A DNA stretch of 64,000 bases. Origin: Bacillota bacterium. Lineage in GTDB: Bacteria > Armatimonadota > HRBIN16. The DNA is taken from assembly GCA_023511455.1 (NCBI GenBank), contig JAIMBJ010000001.1, positions 1,146 through 65,145 on the forward strand, in the 5' to 3' direction. The position numbers and the translations under genes were made by a program. Of this stretch, positions 29,253 through 39,106 are shown piece by piece. Position 1 is the first letter of the stretch, and every line of letters starts with the position of its first letter. Below the pieces are notes generated by a model, which saw only the letters and a program-made list of their open reading frames with translations, made no database searches and was not told where the DNA came from.

Positions 29253-30854
29253 ATGCCCAACTATTCCGCATGGAGAGCCGCACTGGCGACGGTGATTGCG
29301 CTACTCGGCGTGACGGCGCTTGCACTGGCTCAGGGGACGCCTTTCAACATCCTGCGTCCGGCGGATGGCGCGATCGTTCGTGAGAAGGTGCGTATCGAAG
29401 TGCCGCGTGCCAGCATTCCACAGGGTGGTTTTGTCGGCATTTACATTGACGGCAGATTCCACACATCGCTGGCGCCCCGACAGGACGATAAGGAACCTCG
29501 CCTGCGCTACATCTGGGACACCAAGATGCCCATACTGGACCCCTCGACCCAGAAAACAGAGCCGATTCAGGATGGCGAGCACACCATCACGGTGGTGCTA
29601 TATGATCCCGAAGGCAAGGCAATAGACCGCGCCGAGGTTCGCGTGCAGGTAGCAAACCGCGAAGGGATTAGTCTGCCAGCGATAGGCGCTCGTCTGCAGT
29701 ATCGCTTCCGGCTGGGTGAAAACGTCAACTACAAACAGCACGACGAAGTGATTCTGCTGGCAGGGCAGACAGGCGCAGAGATTACCGGTGGAGTTACCGG
29801 TGAGCAGGTAGCCTATGAAGCCGATACCTTCTTCAACCTGTTCGCCTACGACGTTCGGGGCAACACCTTTATCATCCGCCAGCGGGCGAACAAGCAACAG
29901 GTTCTGGCGTACAATCAGCCAGTGTACACACTGGGCGAGGAGATGTTCCGCGCGGTGTTGCAGTTTGTGACTCCGCTGGGCAACGTCGTCTACCAGAACG
30001 TGGACACCACCAACGACCCCTACGTCTTCCGCGTGATGGTTCTGCCCGTTCTGCCCGAACTGCGCGTCAAGCCGGGCGATACGTGGACATCATTTGCCCA
30101 TATCCTGCTGCCCGACATGCCAGTGGAGCGGGCACGCAAGGTGCTGGCGCAGAACAAACTGGAAGGCGTGGAGTGGGAAGGTGGCTATCCCACCGTGAGG
30201 ATACGCCAGACGTACGAGGGCACACTGTCCGGCACACTGGAGTTCAGCAACTACGTGCTGCAGAATCCGAAAGTGAAGCTGGACAGGACGCTGTGGTTCG
30301 CCTTTAACGCGGGGCGGCTGGTGCGCACTGAGACCACCGTGGAGATTGAGGGACAGGTACCCACCGGTGTGCAGCCGGGGCGCCTCGCCGGATTGGGCGG
30401 GATGCCAGGCGCACCGATGATGGGCGGTACGATACCCGGCTATGGTGGGCCGATAATGGGTGGCCCACGCGCGGCTGGCGGCGCGCCGATGATGGGCGGA
30501 CCCATGCCTGGCTACGGTGCGCCGATGGGCGGCTTTGTCGGTGGCATGGATGATGACCGCTCGGGAATGGCTGGACGTAGACGTGGCGCACCAGGAGTTC
30601 CCGGCGTACCGGGAATGCCTCCGGGAGCCGCCGCGGGTGGACGACGTGGCGGCACGGCCTACGGTGCGCCGCCTGGCATCCCTGGTGTTCCCGGTGTGCC
30701 GATGATGGGCCCCGCCCCTGGCACCGGGGGACGGATGGCGCGAGGTGGCTTACCCGGACTGCCGGGTGTGCCGCGTGCTGGTGGCCTGCAGGCTCGGGAG
30801 CAGGCGCCGTTGAAGCTGAAAGTGGTGCAGTCGGTGCAGCTGCTTCAGCAGTAA
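29253..30854 (+). CDS. secreted protein with structured N-terminal domain and ~170-aa Gly/Met/Pro-rich low-complexity C-terminal tail
   Basis: Signal peptide MPNYSAWRAALATVIALLGVTALALAQG. The tail consists of reiterated GGMPGAPMMGG / GPMPGYGAPMGG / GVPGVPGMPPG units. Confidence 0.7.
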   Translation: MPNYSAWRAALATVIALLGVTALALAQGTPFNILRPADGAIVREKVRIEVPRASIPQGGFVGIYIDGRFHTSLAPRQDDKEPRLRYIWDTKMPILDPSTQKTEPIQDGEHTITVVLYDPEGKAIDRAEVRVQVANREGISLPAIGARLQYRFRLGENVNYKQHDEVILLAGQTGAEITGGVTGEQVAYEADTFFNLFAYDVRGNTFIIRQRANKQQVLAYNQPVYTLGEEMFRAVLQFVTPLGNVVYQNVDTTNDPYVFRVMVLPVLPELRVKPGDTWTSFAHILLPDMPVERARKVLAQNKLEGVEWEGGYPTVRIRQTYEGTLSGTLEFSNYVLQNPKVKLDRTLWFAFNAGRLVRTETTVEIEGQVPTGVQPGRLAGLGGMPGAPMMGGTIPGYGGPIMGGPRAAGGAPMMGGPMPGYGAPMGGFVGGMDDDRSGMAGRRRGAPGVPGVPGMPPGAAAGGRRGGTAYGAPPGIPGVPGVPMMGPAPGTGGRMARGGLPGLPGVPRAGGLQAREQAPLKLKVVQSVQLLQQ

Positions 30855-30969
30855 GGGGGAGCTTTCCCTTCCGTTGACGGGCGGAGCCAGATAGAGACAC
30901 TCCGCCCGTTTCTGTTATAATGAGAGAAACCTCCTGCAAGCGGGCGCACAAACTGGTATAATACCAACG

Positions 30970-31716
30970 GTGATGGAAATGGCGGTACAACAGGTAGCGA
31001 CAAAAAAGATTGTCTATCCGGAAAGCGATGGCAAGCCGATGGCGGATAATACCAGGCAGCTGGAAAGCATCGTGTACCTGTACGACAACCTGAGCGCACT
31101 GTTTGCGGACAGAGAAGATGTGTTCGTGGCGGCAGACCTGTTCTGGTATCCGGTGGAAGGGCATCCCGAAATCCGCACCGCTCCCGACGTGATGGTGGCG
31201 TTCGGGCGTCCGAAAGGACACCGCCCATCCTACAAGCAGTGGGAGGAGGACGGTCTCGCGCCGCAGGTGGTGTTCGAGGTGCTCTCGCCAAGCAACCGCC
31301 CCTCCGACCTGATAGAGAAGTTCCTGTTCTACCAGCAGTATGGGGTGGAAGAGTACTACCTGTATGACCCGGACAGAGGGATACTGGACGGCTGGATACG
31401 CAAGGAAGGCGCGCTCCACCCGATACCGAACCCGGACGGCTGGACCAGCCCGCGCCTCGGCGTGTGTTTCACGCTGGAGGAGGGACAGCTGGTCGCCTAT
31501 CGTCCAGACGGGGAGCGGTTTTTAACCTATACAGAGCTGCGCCGCCGTGTTGAAGAAGAGCGTCATCGGGCAACGCAGGCACAACAGGAGGCGGAGCAGG
31601 CGCGCATTCAAGCAGAACAGTTGCAGCAGGAGGCGGATCAGGCGCGTCGGCGTGCAGAACGGCTGGCGCAACGTCTGCGCGAACTGGGTATCGACCCGGA
31701 AGAGGTCGCTGGATGA
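30970..31716 (+). CDS. Uma2-family (DUF820) endonuclease-like protein with Gln/Glu/Arg-rich C-terminal coiled coil
   Basis: Uma2 core (…ESDGKPMADNTRQ…PDVMVAFG…VVFEVLSPSNR…) followed by EEERHRATQAQQEAEQARIQAEQLQQEADQARRRAERLAQRLRELG. Paralog of 7666-8319. Confidence 0.7.
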   Translation: MMEMAVQQVATKKIVYPESDGKPMADNTRQLESIVYLYDNLSALFADREDVFVAADLFWYPVEGHPEIRTAPDVMVAFGRPKGHRPSYKQWEEDGLAPQVVFEVLSPSNRPSDLIEKFLFYQQYGVEEYYLYDPDRGILDGWIRKEGALHPIPNPDGWTSPRLGVCFTLEEGQLVAYRPDGERFLTYTELRRRVEEERHRATQAQQEAEQARIQAEQLQQEADQARRRAERLAQRLRELGIDPEEVAG

Positions 31717-31723
31717 GGTGAGT

Positions 31724-32530
31724 ATGAACAGCAGTGCAACCGCTGAAGTAGAGCAGCCCGAACTTGAGGAGAAGGAGATAGAAGACCGTCCCGCCGACTT
31801 GACCGAGCATCTGGAAGAGCTGCGCACGCGCATCGTCCGGTCGTTGTTTGCTATCTTCGTCGGTTGGGTGGCAGGCTATATTCTGTTTCCTGCCGTCTAT
31901 CATCTGGTTTCTCTGCCTCTGGAAGAGCCTTTACGCAAAGTTCAGGGAAGGACGGTGTTCCTGCACTTCGCAGACCCCTTCTTTTTGCGTTTGAAACTCT
32001 CGTTTGTGGTAGGGCTCATTTTCGCCGCACCCTACGTCACCTACCAGATATGGGCGTTCGTTGCGCCCGGTTTGACCCGCAGCGAGCGTCGTGTCGTGAA
32101 GATGTTCATCCCGTTCTCTGGTCTCCTGTTCGTGATGGGTGTGGTGCTGGGCTATTTGTTCTTGCCGGCGGCTATCCGCTGGTTTCTGTCCTACCTCGCC
32201 GATTACGGCAACGCTACCCTCCTTCAAAACCCCCTCAGCTACGTGCTGCTGGCAGTAAAGATTTTGCTCGCGTTCGGGCTTTCCTTCCAGCTGCCTATCG
32301 TGCTGATTGTTCTGGCGAAGCTGGGACTGGTTACTTCCACGCGCCTGCTGGCTTATTGGCGTCATGCCATCGTCATCATCTTCGCTCTGGCGGCTATTGT
32401 GACGCCAACCAACGACCCTCTGTCGCTGATGGTGATGGCACTGCCAATGGTATTCCTGTATTTTCTCACCATCAGCGTGGTGAAGCGCATGGAGAGAAAC
32501 CAGGCGAAGCAGAACAAAGCGGACGGGTAG
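31724..32530 (+). CDS. tatC: Sec-independent protein translocase TatC
   Basis: Six-TM TatC pattern starting MNSSATAEV…LTEHLEELRTRIVRSL. The ORF track entry 31547-32530 is an upstream extension. Confidence 0.85.
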   Translation: MNSSATAEVEQPELEEKEIEDRPADLTEHLEELRTRIVRSLFAIFVGWVAGYILFPAVYHLVSLPLEEPLRKVQGRTVFLHFADPFFLRLKLSFVVGLIFAAPYVTYQIWAFVAPGLTRSERRVVKMFIPFSGLLFVMGVVLGYLFLPAAIRWFLSYLADYGNATLLQNPLSYVLLAVKILLAFGLSFQLPIVLIVLAKLGLVTSTRLLAYWRHAIVIIFALAAIVTPTNDPLSLMVMALPMVFLYFLTISVVKRMERNQAKQNKADG

Positions 32531-32617
32531 CCGCCCGTTGCAGGAGCCCGGTGCCGCAAAGGGAATGTAAAGATAGCGGGGAGTAAAATCGCCTGCAACA
32601 AGGAGGGTGTCACTGCC

Positions 32618-35600
32618 ATGAAGCTGGTTTGGCAGGTGCTGCTGCTGGCAGTAATGTGCGTTTCTGGCAAGGCGCAGGGATACTGGGATGCCTATGCGCC
32701 TCAACGGGTGTTCACCACCGACGAACAGCCTCTGATTACCGTATCGGGTGCGGGTACGCACCGCTTGGTGATTCAGGCGTATCGGGTCGACGAGAACAAG
32801 GTGGCGCGATACCACCTGAATCAGGTCAGCCCACTGGCTCTGAAAGGCAAGCCCGTTGGTGCTCCCCAAATGGTTCTGCTCAAGCCTCCCTCTGCGCAGC
32901 GGTTGTACCATGCGCGAGAAGTGCGTTTACCCCGTCTGCCCGCGGGCATGTATGTCGTCACCGCCGTCGATGGACGGGGCAACTCCCGGGCGAGCCTGCT
33001 GTGGGTATCGGATATCGGGCTGGTAGTCAAATACGGTCCGGCAGGCAACACCGTGGTGCGCGTGGTGCGTCTCCAGGACGGCAGAGGCGTGGCGGGGGCG
33101 ACCGTGGCGCTTTACTGGAGAGAGAACAAACCTGTGGCTCAAGCCACCACCAGCCTCGATGGCATCGCTGAGCTCCCGCCCTGTCCGGGTATCGGTGAAG
33201 CCGCCATGGTGTGGGCGTTCAAAGGGCAGCATCGTGCTGCGACCTACATCTCGCGGGGCGAAGCGTCTCCTTATACGCACTACCTGTTCACCGACCGTCC
33301 GGTGTATCGCCCGGGTCAGAAGGTGTATTTGAAGGGCATTGTGCGTGAGCGCGTCGAGAACGACTACCGCGTACCCCAAATCAGCGAGGCAAAAGTCAGT
33401 CTCCTGGACCCAGAAAGCAAACCGATAGCGGAGCAAACCCTGCCTGTAAGCGCGCAGGGAACCTTCGCCGGCGAGTTTACCCTGCCCGAGGAGACACCTC
33501 TGGGAGGGTACTCTTTCAGGGTAGTTTACCTGCGCGCAGGCGTCATGGAGCCGGTGGAGGTATCGGAGTACGCCGGTGGTTTTGAGGTACAGGAGTACCG
33601 GAAGCCGGAGTTCCGGGTGAAAGTAGAACCCGCGCAGCAGGTGTACATTCGCGGTGAAACGGTAACCTTCCGTCTTCATGCGGAGTACTATTTTGGTGCG
33701 CCGGTAACTCAGGCTCGGGTACGCTACTACCTTTACAAACGCTACCTGTGGGACTGGAGCTGGTGGGAGCAAGAGGACGACTACCGCGAACTGTACGGGA
33801 CGGAAGAGGATGAAGGGGAGGTATACGGTGGCTACGGTGAACTGCTGACGCAGGGAGAAACCACCACCGACGCCCAGGGCAACGCCATTATCCGTATACC
33901 CGCACGGGCGCACGCCGAACCCTGCAGCTACGCACTGGAAGTGGAAGTAACCGACCTGACCTTCCGCACCGAAGAGGCATCGGCATCCGTGGATGTATAT
34001 CCGGCAGCAGTGCGGCTGGACTGGCGGTCGGAGGCATGGTGGCTGCAGCCAGGACAAACGACCAAGTTCGAGATCCGCGCCACCCATTCGCGCACCAAAC
34101 AGCCGTTAAGCACGGTGGTCAAAGTGGCGGCGTATCGCATACGGTGGTTCCGTGTTCAGCGAGCGCAATGGAAGCACGAGGAGGTTTTGCTGTGGAGCCG
34201 CACGGTGCGCACCGACGCACGGGGGATTGCCAGCGTGGAGTTCACCGCGCCGCGTGAAGGCGAGTATCTGCTGCGGGCATCAGCGGTGGACGCACAGGGG
34301 CGGAGTACGCGCAGTGAGTATCGCGTCGGGGCGTACACCTCTTCGTATGGAGGCGAGGAACTGGGCGCGCGTCAGACGCTGGATCTTTCGCTGGATCGCA
34401 GGAACTACCTGCCCGGACAGGCTGCGAAGGTGTTGATACGTTCCTCTGTGCCCGACGCGGAAGTGTGGTTTACCGTAGAGGGGCGTAAGGTGTTCGACTC
34501 GCGCGTGGTGCGGTTGCGCAACGGTGTTGGGGTGGTAGAGCTGCCTACAGAATGGCAACACGCGCCAAACGCTTTTGTATCAGCGAACCTTGTCAACCGC
34601 AAGAGCCTCATCCGCGTGCAGAAACTGCTTCGAGTAGCCCCAAAGGGCAAGCTGCTTCGGGTGGAAGTGGTGCCGGATAAAGAGCGTTACCTTCCCGATG
34701 AAGAAGCGGTGTATACCATCCGCACGCGCGACGATGAAGGCAAACCGGTATCGGCGGAGGTGGCTCTGGGCGTGGTGGACGAAGCCATCTACGCTATCGT
34801 GCCCGACTACACACCAGACATTCGCAAGTTCTTCTGGGGTGCGACGCCCAACGCAGTGAATACCGCTGTTTCTTTCGGCAGAGAGTATGCGGCAGGGGCG
34901 GCGAAGGAATTGGCGTATAAGAGAGACGAACAGGTCCGTCGACGCTTTGAGGATACCGCGTTCTGGAACCCCGCGATTGTGACCGATAGCAACGGAGAAG
35001 CGCGGGTACGGTTCCGGATGCCCGAAAACCTCACCGAGTGGCGGGCAACGGCGCGGGCGATTACCGCCGATACCGCCGTCGGCATGGTACGCAGCTATGC
35101 CAAGACCTTCAAGCCTCTGCTGGTACGCCTGCAGACACCGCGTTTCCTGACGCAGGGCGACCGTTCCATCATCGCAGGTGTGGTGCATAACTATACCGGG
35201 AAGCCTCAGGAGGTGCAGGTCTCCCTGCAGGTTGGTGGTTCGGTGCGCATCGCGGAAGGACAGAGCAGACGGTTGACCCTGCCGCCGCAGGGACAGGCGA
35301 GTGTGGAATGGACGGTAGCCGCGGATTCGGCGGGAGAGGCAGTTTTCACTCTCACCGCCCGTTCGACGGACGAATTCGACGGCATGGAGCTGAAGGTTCC
35401 AGTATACCCCCGGGGAGTACCTCGTGTTTTCGCTTCGGCTTCGGTAGTGGAACAAGCGGTGGAGAAGCAGTTTCGTCTGGCAGCCCAGCGCGTTCCGGGT
35501 AGCCTGAAAGCGGTCGTGCGGGTGGCTCCGTCATGGTTTGGCGCGGCGGTGGGTGCGCTGGATGAGATATTGACCTACCCCTACGGCTGTGTGGAGCAAA

Positions 35601-37135
35601 CGGTGCATCCCATGCTCAGCGCGCTGCGGGTGCTCGAGGTCATGGACGCGCTGGGCGTACAGGATGCGGAACGCCGCCAGAAGGCACAGGAAGCGGTGCG
35701 CAGAGGCATTATTCGCCTCAGCGCAATGCAGTACGGGTCAGGAAGTTGGGGATACACGGAGCACTCCACGGATAATGTTTTGTGGACTGCGTTGGCACTG
35801 GATGCGCTGCGAGAGGCGAAAGAGGCAGGTTTTACGGTCTCGGAGGAGCGCGTCCAGCGGGGTACCAACGCCTTGTTCCGGCTCATCTCAGCGACGCCAT
35901 CCCAGCCCCCCAATCTGAAGGGACTACCAAAACCAAAGCAGGAACTGCTGATGGCGCAGTGGATGCATCGTCTCAACGAGAAGGCTCATGCGCTGGCAAC
36001 GGCGGCGCGAATCTCGCCCCGCTGGGCTCAGAAGCCGTTGCTGCGTCTGTACGAAGCGCGACGGTATCTGAACACGTCATCGCAGTGTGCGCTGTTGATG
36101 GGTTTGCAACAGGCGAACTTACCGGCGCAGGCAAAACGGCTGTACGAAGAGATTCTCGCCCGTGTCATCCAGACGTCCACCACCGCCTTTTGGCGCGAAG
36201 CCACTCCTCAGATGAATCGTCAGGTGGAATGGCTGTGGTACGCTCAGGATACCTACGCTACCGCATGGGTCGCGCGGGTGATGGTGCGGAACGACCCGCG
36301 ACACCCCTTACTGCCGAAGGCACTGCGCTGGCTTGCGGAGAAGCGACAGGGCGAATACTGGCTATCCACCAACGACACCGCGCAGGTCATCATGGCGCTG
36401 GTGGAGTATGCCCAAAGAATGCCTCAGGTAGTGAAGGGCACACATCGGGTGCAGGTGGTGCTGAACGACAGCGTGGTCAGGGAGCTGCAATACGGGGCGG
36501 AAGACTGGCTGCGCCCGGAGGACACGATAGAGATACCGACCCGCCAGCTGCGCGATGGAAACAATGTGCTGCGTATCGAGCATGAGGGGGAAGGCGCGGT
36601 GGTGGCGTCGGTGATGGTGCGTTACTTCGAGCCGACTGAACGTGTGCAGGCGACAGCGCAACAGCTGCGGGTGGAACGAACCTATCTCAAGCGTGTGCCT
36701 CGCCAGCTCACGCCTGAGGAGCGCAGGCGGCTGCTACGCCGTTACAGCGACGAATCGGAGTATCTGTGGACATTGCAGCCCGCGAAGGGCGTCTTCCGCC
36801 CCGGCGAGCAGCTGGTGGTGAAACTGGTTATCCACTGCGCTACCGATGTCTATTACGGCGTCATCGATGACCCCAAACCCTCCGGCTTTGAGTTCGTGGA
36901 ACGCACGGCGGACAAGTACGACTGGAGATACTGGTATTCGCGCCGGGAGGTGAGAGATGACCGGGTGGCATATCTGTGCGAGCGCATTCCCAAAGGCAAG
37001 AGCGTGATTACCTATATTTTGCGGGCGGAGCGTCCGGGGCAGGTGCGCGCCCGACCGGTGCAGGCGTTCGGCATGTACCTGCCTGAGGTTAACGGCAACA
37101 GTGGGGAGAACGCGGTGAGGGTGGAAAAGCGATGA
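32618..37135 (+). CDS. bacterial alpha-2-macroglobulin family protein (MG domains, thioester-like GCVEQ site, receptor-binding-like C-terminus)
   Basis: 1505 aa, signal peptide MKLVWQVLLLAVMCVSGKAQG. MG-domain signatures LFTDRPVYRPGQKVYLKGIVR. Thioester-region motif YPYGCVEQT at ~35575-35600. Overall length typical of bacterial A2M (ECAM/MagD-like). Confidence 0.85.
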   Translation: MKLVWQVLLLAVMCVSGKAQGYWDAYAPQRVFTTDEQPLITVSGAGTHRLVIQAYRVDENKVARYHLNQVSPLALKGKPVGAPQMVLLKPPSAQRLYHAREVRLPRLPAGMYVVTAVDGRGNSRASLLWVSDIGLVVKYGPAGNTVVRVVRLQDGRGVAGATVALYWRENKPVAQATTSLDGIAELPPCPGIGEAAMVWAFKGQHRAATYISRGEASPYTHYLFTDRPVYRPGQKVYLKGIVRERVENDYRVPQISEAKVSLLDPESKPIAEQTLPVSAQGTFAGEFTLPEETPLGGYSFRVVYLRAGVMEPVEVSEYAGGFEVQEYRKPEFRVKVEPAQQVYIRGETVTFRLHAEYYFGAPVTQARVRYYLYKRYLWDWSWWEQEDDYRELYGTEEDEGEVYGGYGELLTQGETTTDAQGNAIIRIPARAHAEPCSYALEVEVTDLTFRTEEASASVDVYPAAVRLDWRSEAWWLQPGQTTKFEIRATHSRTKQPLSTVVKVAAYRIRWFRVQRAQWKHEEVLLWSRTVRTDARGIASVEFTAPREGEYLLRASAVDAQGRSTRSEYRVGAYTSSYGGEELGARQTLDLSLDRRNYLPGQAAKVLIRSSVPDAEVWFTVEGRKVFDSRVVRLRNGVGVVELPTEWQHAPNAFVSANLVNRKSLIRVQKLLRVAPKGKLLRVEVVPDKERYLPDEEAVYTIRTRDDEGKPVSAEVALGVVDEAIYAIVPDYTPDIRKFFWGATPNAVNTAVSFGREYAAGAAKELAYKRDEQVRRRFEDTAFWNPAIVTDSNGEARVRFRMPENLTEWRATARAITADTAVGMVRSYAKTFKPLLVRLQTPRFLTQGDRSIIAGVVHNYTGKPQEVQVSLQVGGSVRIAEGQSRRLTLPPQGQASVEWTVAADSAGEAVFTLTARSTDEFDGMELKVPVYPRGVPRVFASASVVEQAVEKQFRLAAQRVPGSLKAVVRVAPSWFGAAVGALDEILTYPYGCVEQTVHPMLSALRVLEVMDALGVQDAERRQKAQEAVRRGIIRLSAMQYGSGSWGYTEHSTDNVLWTALALDALREAKEAGFTVSEERVQRGTNALFRLISATPSQPPNLKGLPKPKQELLMAQWMHRLNEKAHALATAARISPRWAQKPLLRLYEARRYLNTSSQCALLMGLQQANLPAQAKRLYEEILARVIQTSTTAFWREATPQMNRQVEWLWYAQDTYATAWVARVMVRNDPRHPLLPKALRWLAEKRQGEYWLSTNDTAQVIMALVEYAQRMPQVVKGTHRVQVVLNDSVVRELQYGAEDWLRPEDTIEIPTRQLRDGNNVLRIEHEGEGAVVASVMVRYFEPTERVQATAQQLRVERTYLKRVPRQLTPEERRRLLRRYSDESEYLWTLQPAKGVFRPGEQLVVKLVIHCATDVYYGVIDDPKPSGFEFVERTADKYDWRYWYSRREVRDDRVAYLCERIPKGKSVITYILRAERPGQVRARPVQAFGMYLPEVNGNSGENAVRVEKR

Positions 37136-37395
37136 AGACGTTCGGCAGGAGCTATCGTGCCATTGTGGAACCAGACCACCCGCAGGGTTATGTGGCGATA
37201 CTGCCTGCGGTGCCCGGTTTGATGGCGCACGGCGAGAGCGAGGAAACGGCGGTAGAACTGCTGAATGAACTGTTGCGGAACCATCTCATCCAGCTGGAGA
37301 ACGCGGGGCAACCGTTGCCCGACGACGGTGTCGAGATATTGTGGGACGAGGAGGACGAGCAAGCGGGAGCAAAGCTGGTTCATATAGAGGTCTAA
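37132..37395 (+). CDS. HicB-like (UPF0150) antitoxin-fold protein, no adjacent HicA
   Basis: 87 aa. YRAIVEPDHPQGYVAILPAVPGLMAHGESEETAVELLNELL matches the HicB/UPF0150 fold signature. ATGA start overlaps the A2M stop. Confidence 0.55.
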   Translation: MKTFGRSYRAIVEPDHPQGYVAILPAVPGLMAHGESEETAVELLNELLRNHLIQLENAGQPLPDDGVEILWDEEDEQAGAKLVHIEV

Positions 37396-37400
37396 CCGAA

Positions 37401-38180
37401 ATGGGCGTTGGCGAAGGGCTGATGCTTTTCATACTGGGCGCATTGCTGGCAGCGTTCCCCGTGTATCGCTTCATTGGCTGGTGGATTGAGGGCAGTATCG
37501 CAGGCGGGGAGCTGGCGGTACTGTTATGCACGTATATCGGTCTGATGGGGCTGCTGCTGGTGAGCGGCAGTGCGTGGCTGGCGTTCATGGCATTGATGCT
37601 GCTGGTCTCAGGGGTAGCCATAATGCCCTGGCTGGGGGAGATGTTCAATCGTCGTGCGCTGAGAAAGATGGATGAAGAGGAGATGTATCGCGCACGAGAC
37701 GTTCTTGCCGCAGACCCCGAAAACCATCTCGCCCGAGTCGTTCTGGCGGAGAAGCTGTACAAGTTGGGCAGGTTAGACGAAGCCATCGAGCATCTGGAAT
37801 ATGCGGTGGAGAGTTCGCCTGCGCTCTCGCGATTGGAAAGGGGCAAGCTGCAGTCGTGGAAGCGCGAGCAAGCCTATGCCCAGCGCAAGCTGGTCCTCTG
37901 TCCGATGTGCGGTGCGGAGAACCCCGGCGAAGCCAGGCGGTGTATCCAGTGCGGCAGCCCCATAGAGACTTTTGCCGCGCTCAAGGAATGGGCGGCTCAA
38001 GAGCAGGTGGTGCAAAAGGTGTTGCGGGCCTGGCTGACGGTGATGGCGGTGTTGACCGTGTTGAGCTTTGTCTTCATGCTGCTGCCTCTGGAAATGCAGG
38101 GGCTGGTTACCATTGCCGCGCTGATTGTGGGCGCGTGGTTCTTTTTGAATAGAGTGAAGGCGTGGAAGCAGACGGTATGA
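37401..38180 (+). CDS. membrane protein with TPR-like helical segment and Cys4 zinc-ribbon (CPMCG…CIQCG) between two hydrophobic regions
   Basis: ATG at 37401 (MGVGEGLMLFILGALLAAF…). Central soluble region with CPMCGAENPGEARRCIQCGSPI. Second hydrophobic block at the C-terminus. Confidence 0.6.
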   Translation: MGVGEGLMLFILGALLAAFPVYRFIGWWIEGSIAGGELAVLLCTYIGLMGLLLVSGSAWLAFMALMLLVSGVAIMPWLGEMFNRRALRKMDEEEMYRARDVLAADPENHLARVVLAEKLYKLGRLDEAIEHLEYAVESSPALSRLERGKLQSWKREQAYAQRKLVLCPMCGAENPGEARRCIQCGSPIETFAALKEWAAQEQVVQKVLRAWLTVMAVLTVLSFVFMLLPLEMQGLVTIAALIVGAWFFLNRVKAWKQTV

Positions 38181-39106
38181 CGCAGTACGCGATAGAAACC
38201 CATCATCTGCGCAAGATATATCGTTCCCGACTGAGGAAGCAAGTGGTGGTTGCAGTGGACTCGCTCGACCTGAAAGTGCCGCAGGGGTGTGTGTTCGGTT
38301 TCCTCGGTCCGAACGGCGCAGGCAAGACCACCACCATCATGATGCTGCTGGGTAATGTCTATCCCACCTCTGGCTCCTTCCGCATCTTTGGGAGTCCTAT
38401 TTCGAATATGGGCGTGCGCAGGCGCATCGGCTTCCTGCCGGAAAAGTTCCAGTTTCATGAGCTGCTCTCGGCAGAGGAGTTACTCTGGTTTCACGGCAGG
38501 CTGGCTGGAATGGACCGGCAGTTGCTTGCCCGGCGTGTGCCGGAGGTACTGGAGCAGGTAGGGTTGTCCGAGCGGGCGCGTTCGCGGGTGCGCGAGTTCT
38601 CCAAAGGGATGCAACAGCGCCTGGGCATCGCACAGGCTATCCTGCACGACCCTGACCTCATTATTCTGGACGAACCGACCTCTGCTCTGGACCCGCTGGG
38701 CAGGCGAGACGTACGCGACCTCATCCTGCACCTCAAATCGCAAGGCAAAACGGTCTTCTTGAACTCGCATCTGCTGTCGGAAGTGGAGATGGTGTGCGAT
38801 GAGGTGGCAATCCTGCGCGGCGGCAAGGTACAGCGGCAGGGACACCTGGACATGTTGCTGCAGGTACATCCCGTTGTGGACGTGGAGCTGTGCGTTCCAT
38901 CGGAGCGTGTCATGCAGGCTGTGCGTGCGATGTCGTCGGTGCTGTCGCAGGACGGTACCCGCTTCACGGCGGAAGTGCAGAGCGACGAGGATATCCCTGC
39001 GCTGGCGCGGTGCATTGTGGAGGCAGGCGGAGACATCATGCGCTTTGTGCCACGTCGCGAGAGCCTCGAAGACCTGTTCGTGCGGGTGGTGGAAGAGACG
39101 AAGTGA
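38177..39106 (+). CDS. ABC transporter ATP-binding protein (ABC-2 exporter type)
   Basis: Walker A GPNGAGKTT, signature LSGGMQQRLGIA-like (FSKGMQQRLGIAQA), Walker B IILDEPTSALD. Start overlaps the upstream stop. Confidence 0.85.
   Translation: MTQYAIETHHLRKIYRSRLRKQVVVAVDSLDLKVPQGCVFGFLGPNGAGKTTTIMMLLGNVYPTSGSFRIFGSPISNMGVRRRIGFLPEKFQFHELLSAEELLWFHGRLAGMDRQLLARRVPEVLEQVGLSERARSRVREFSKGMQQRLGIAQAILHDPDLIILDEPTSALDPLGRRDVRDLILHLKSQGKTVFLNSHLLSEVEMVCDEVAILRGGKVQRQGHLDMLLQVHPVVDVELCVPSERVMQAVRAMSSVLSQDGTRFTAEVQSDEDIPALARCIVEAGGDIMRFVPRRESLEDLFVRVVEETK

Noticed and set aside
30304-31419. 371-aa minus-strand ORF spanning the end of the Gly/Met/Pro-rich gene, the intergenic gap and the start of the Uma2 gene
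   Set aside because: It crosses an intergenic region and overlaps two well-supported plus-strand genes antisense. Arg/Pro/His-rich shadow composition.
31931-34087. Long minus-strand ORFs (31931-32911, 32927-34087) and plus ORFs 31864-32586, 32629-33171
   Set aside because: They lie antisense to or out of frame with tatC and the alpha-2-macroglobulin gene, both of which have strong family signatures. These are GC-driven open frames.
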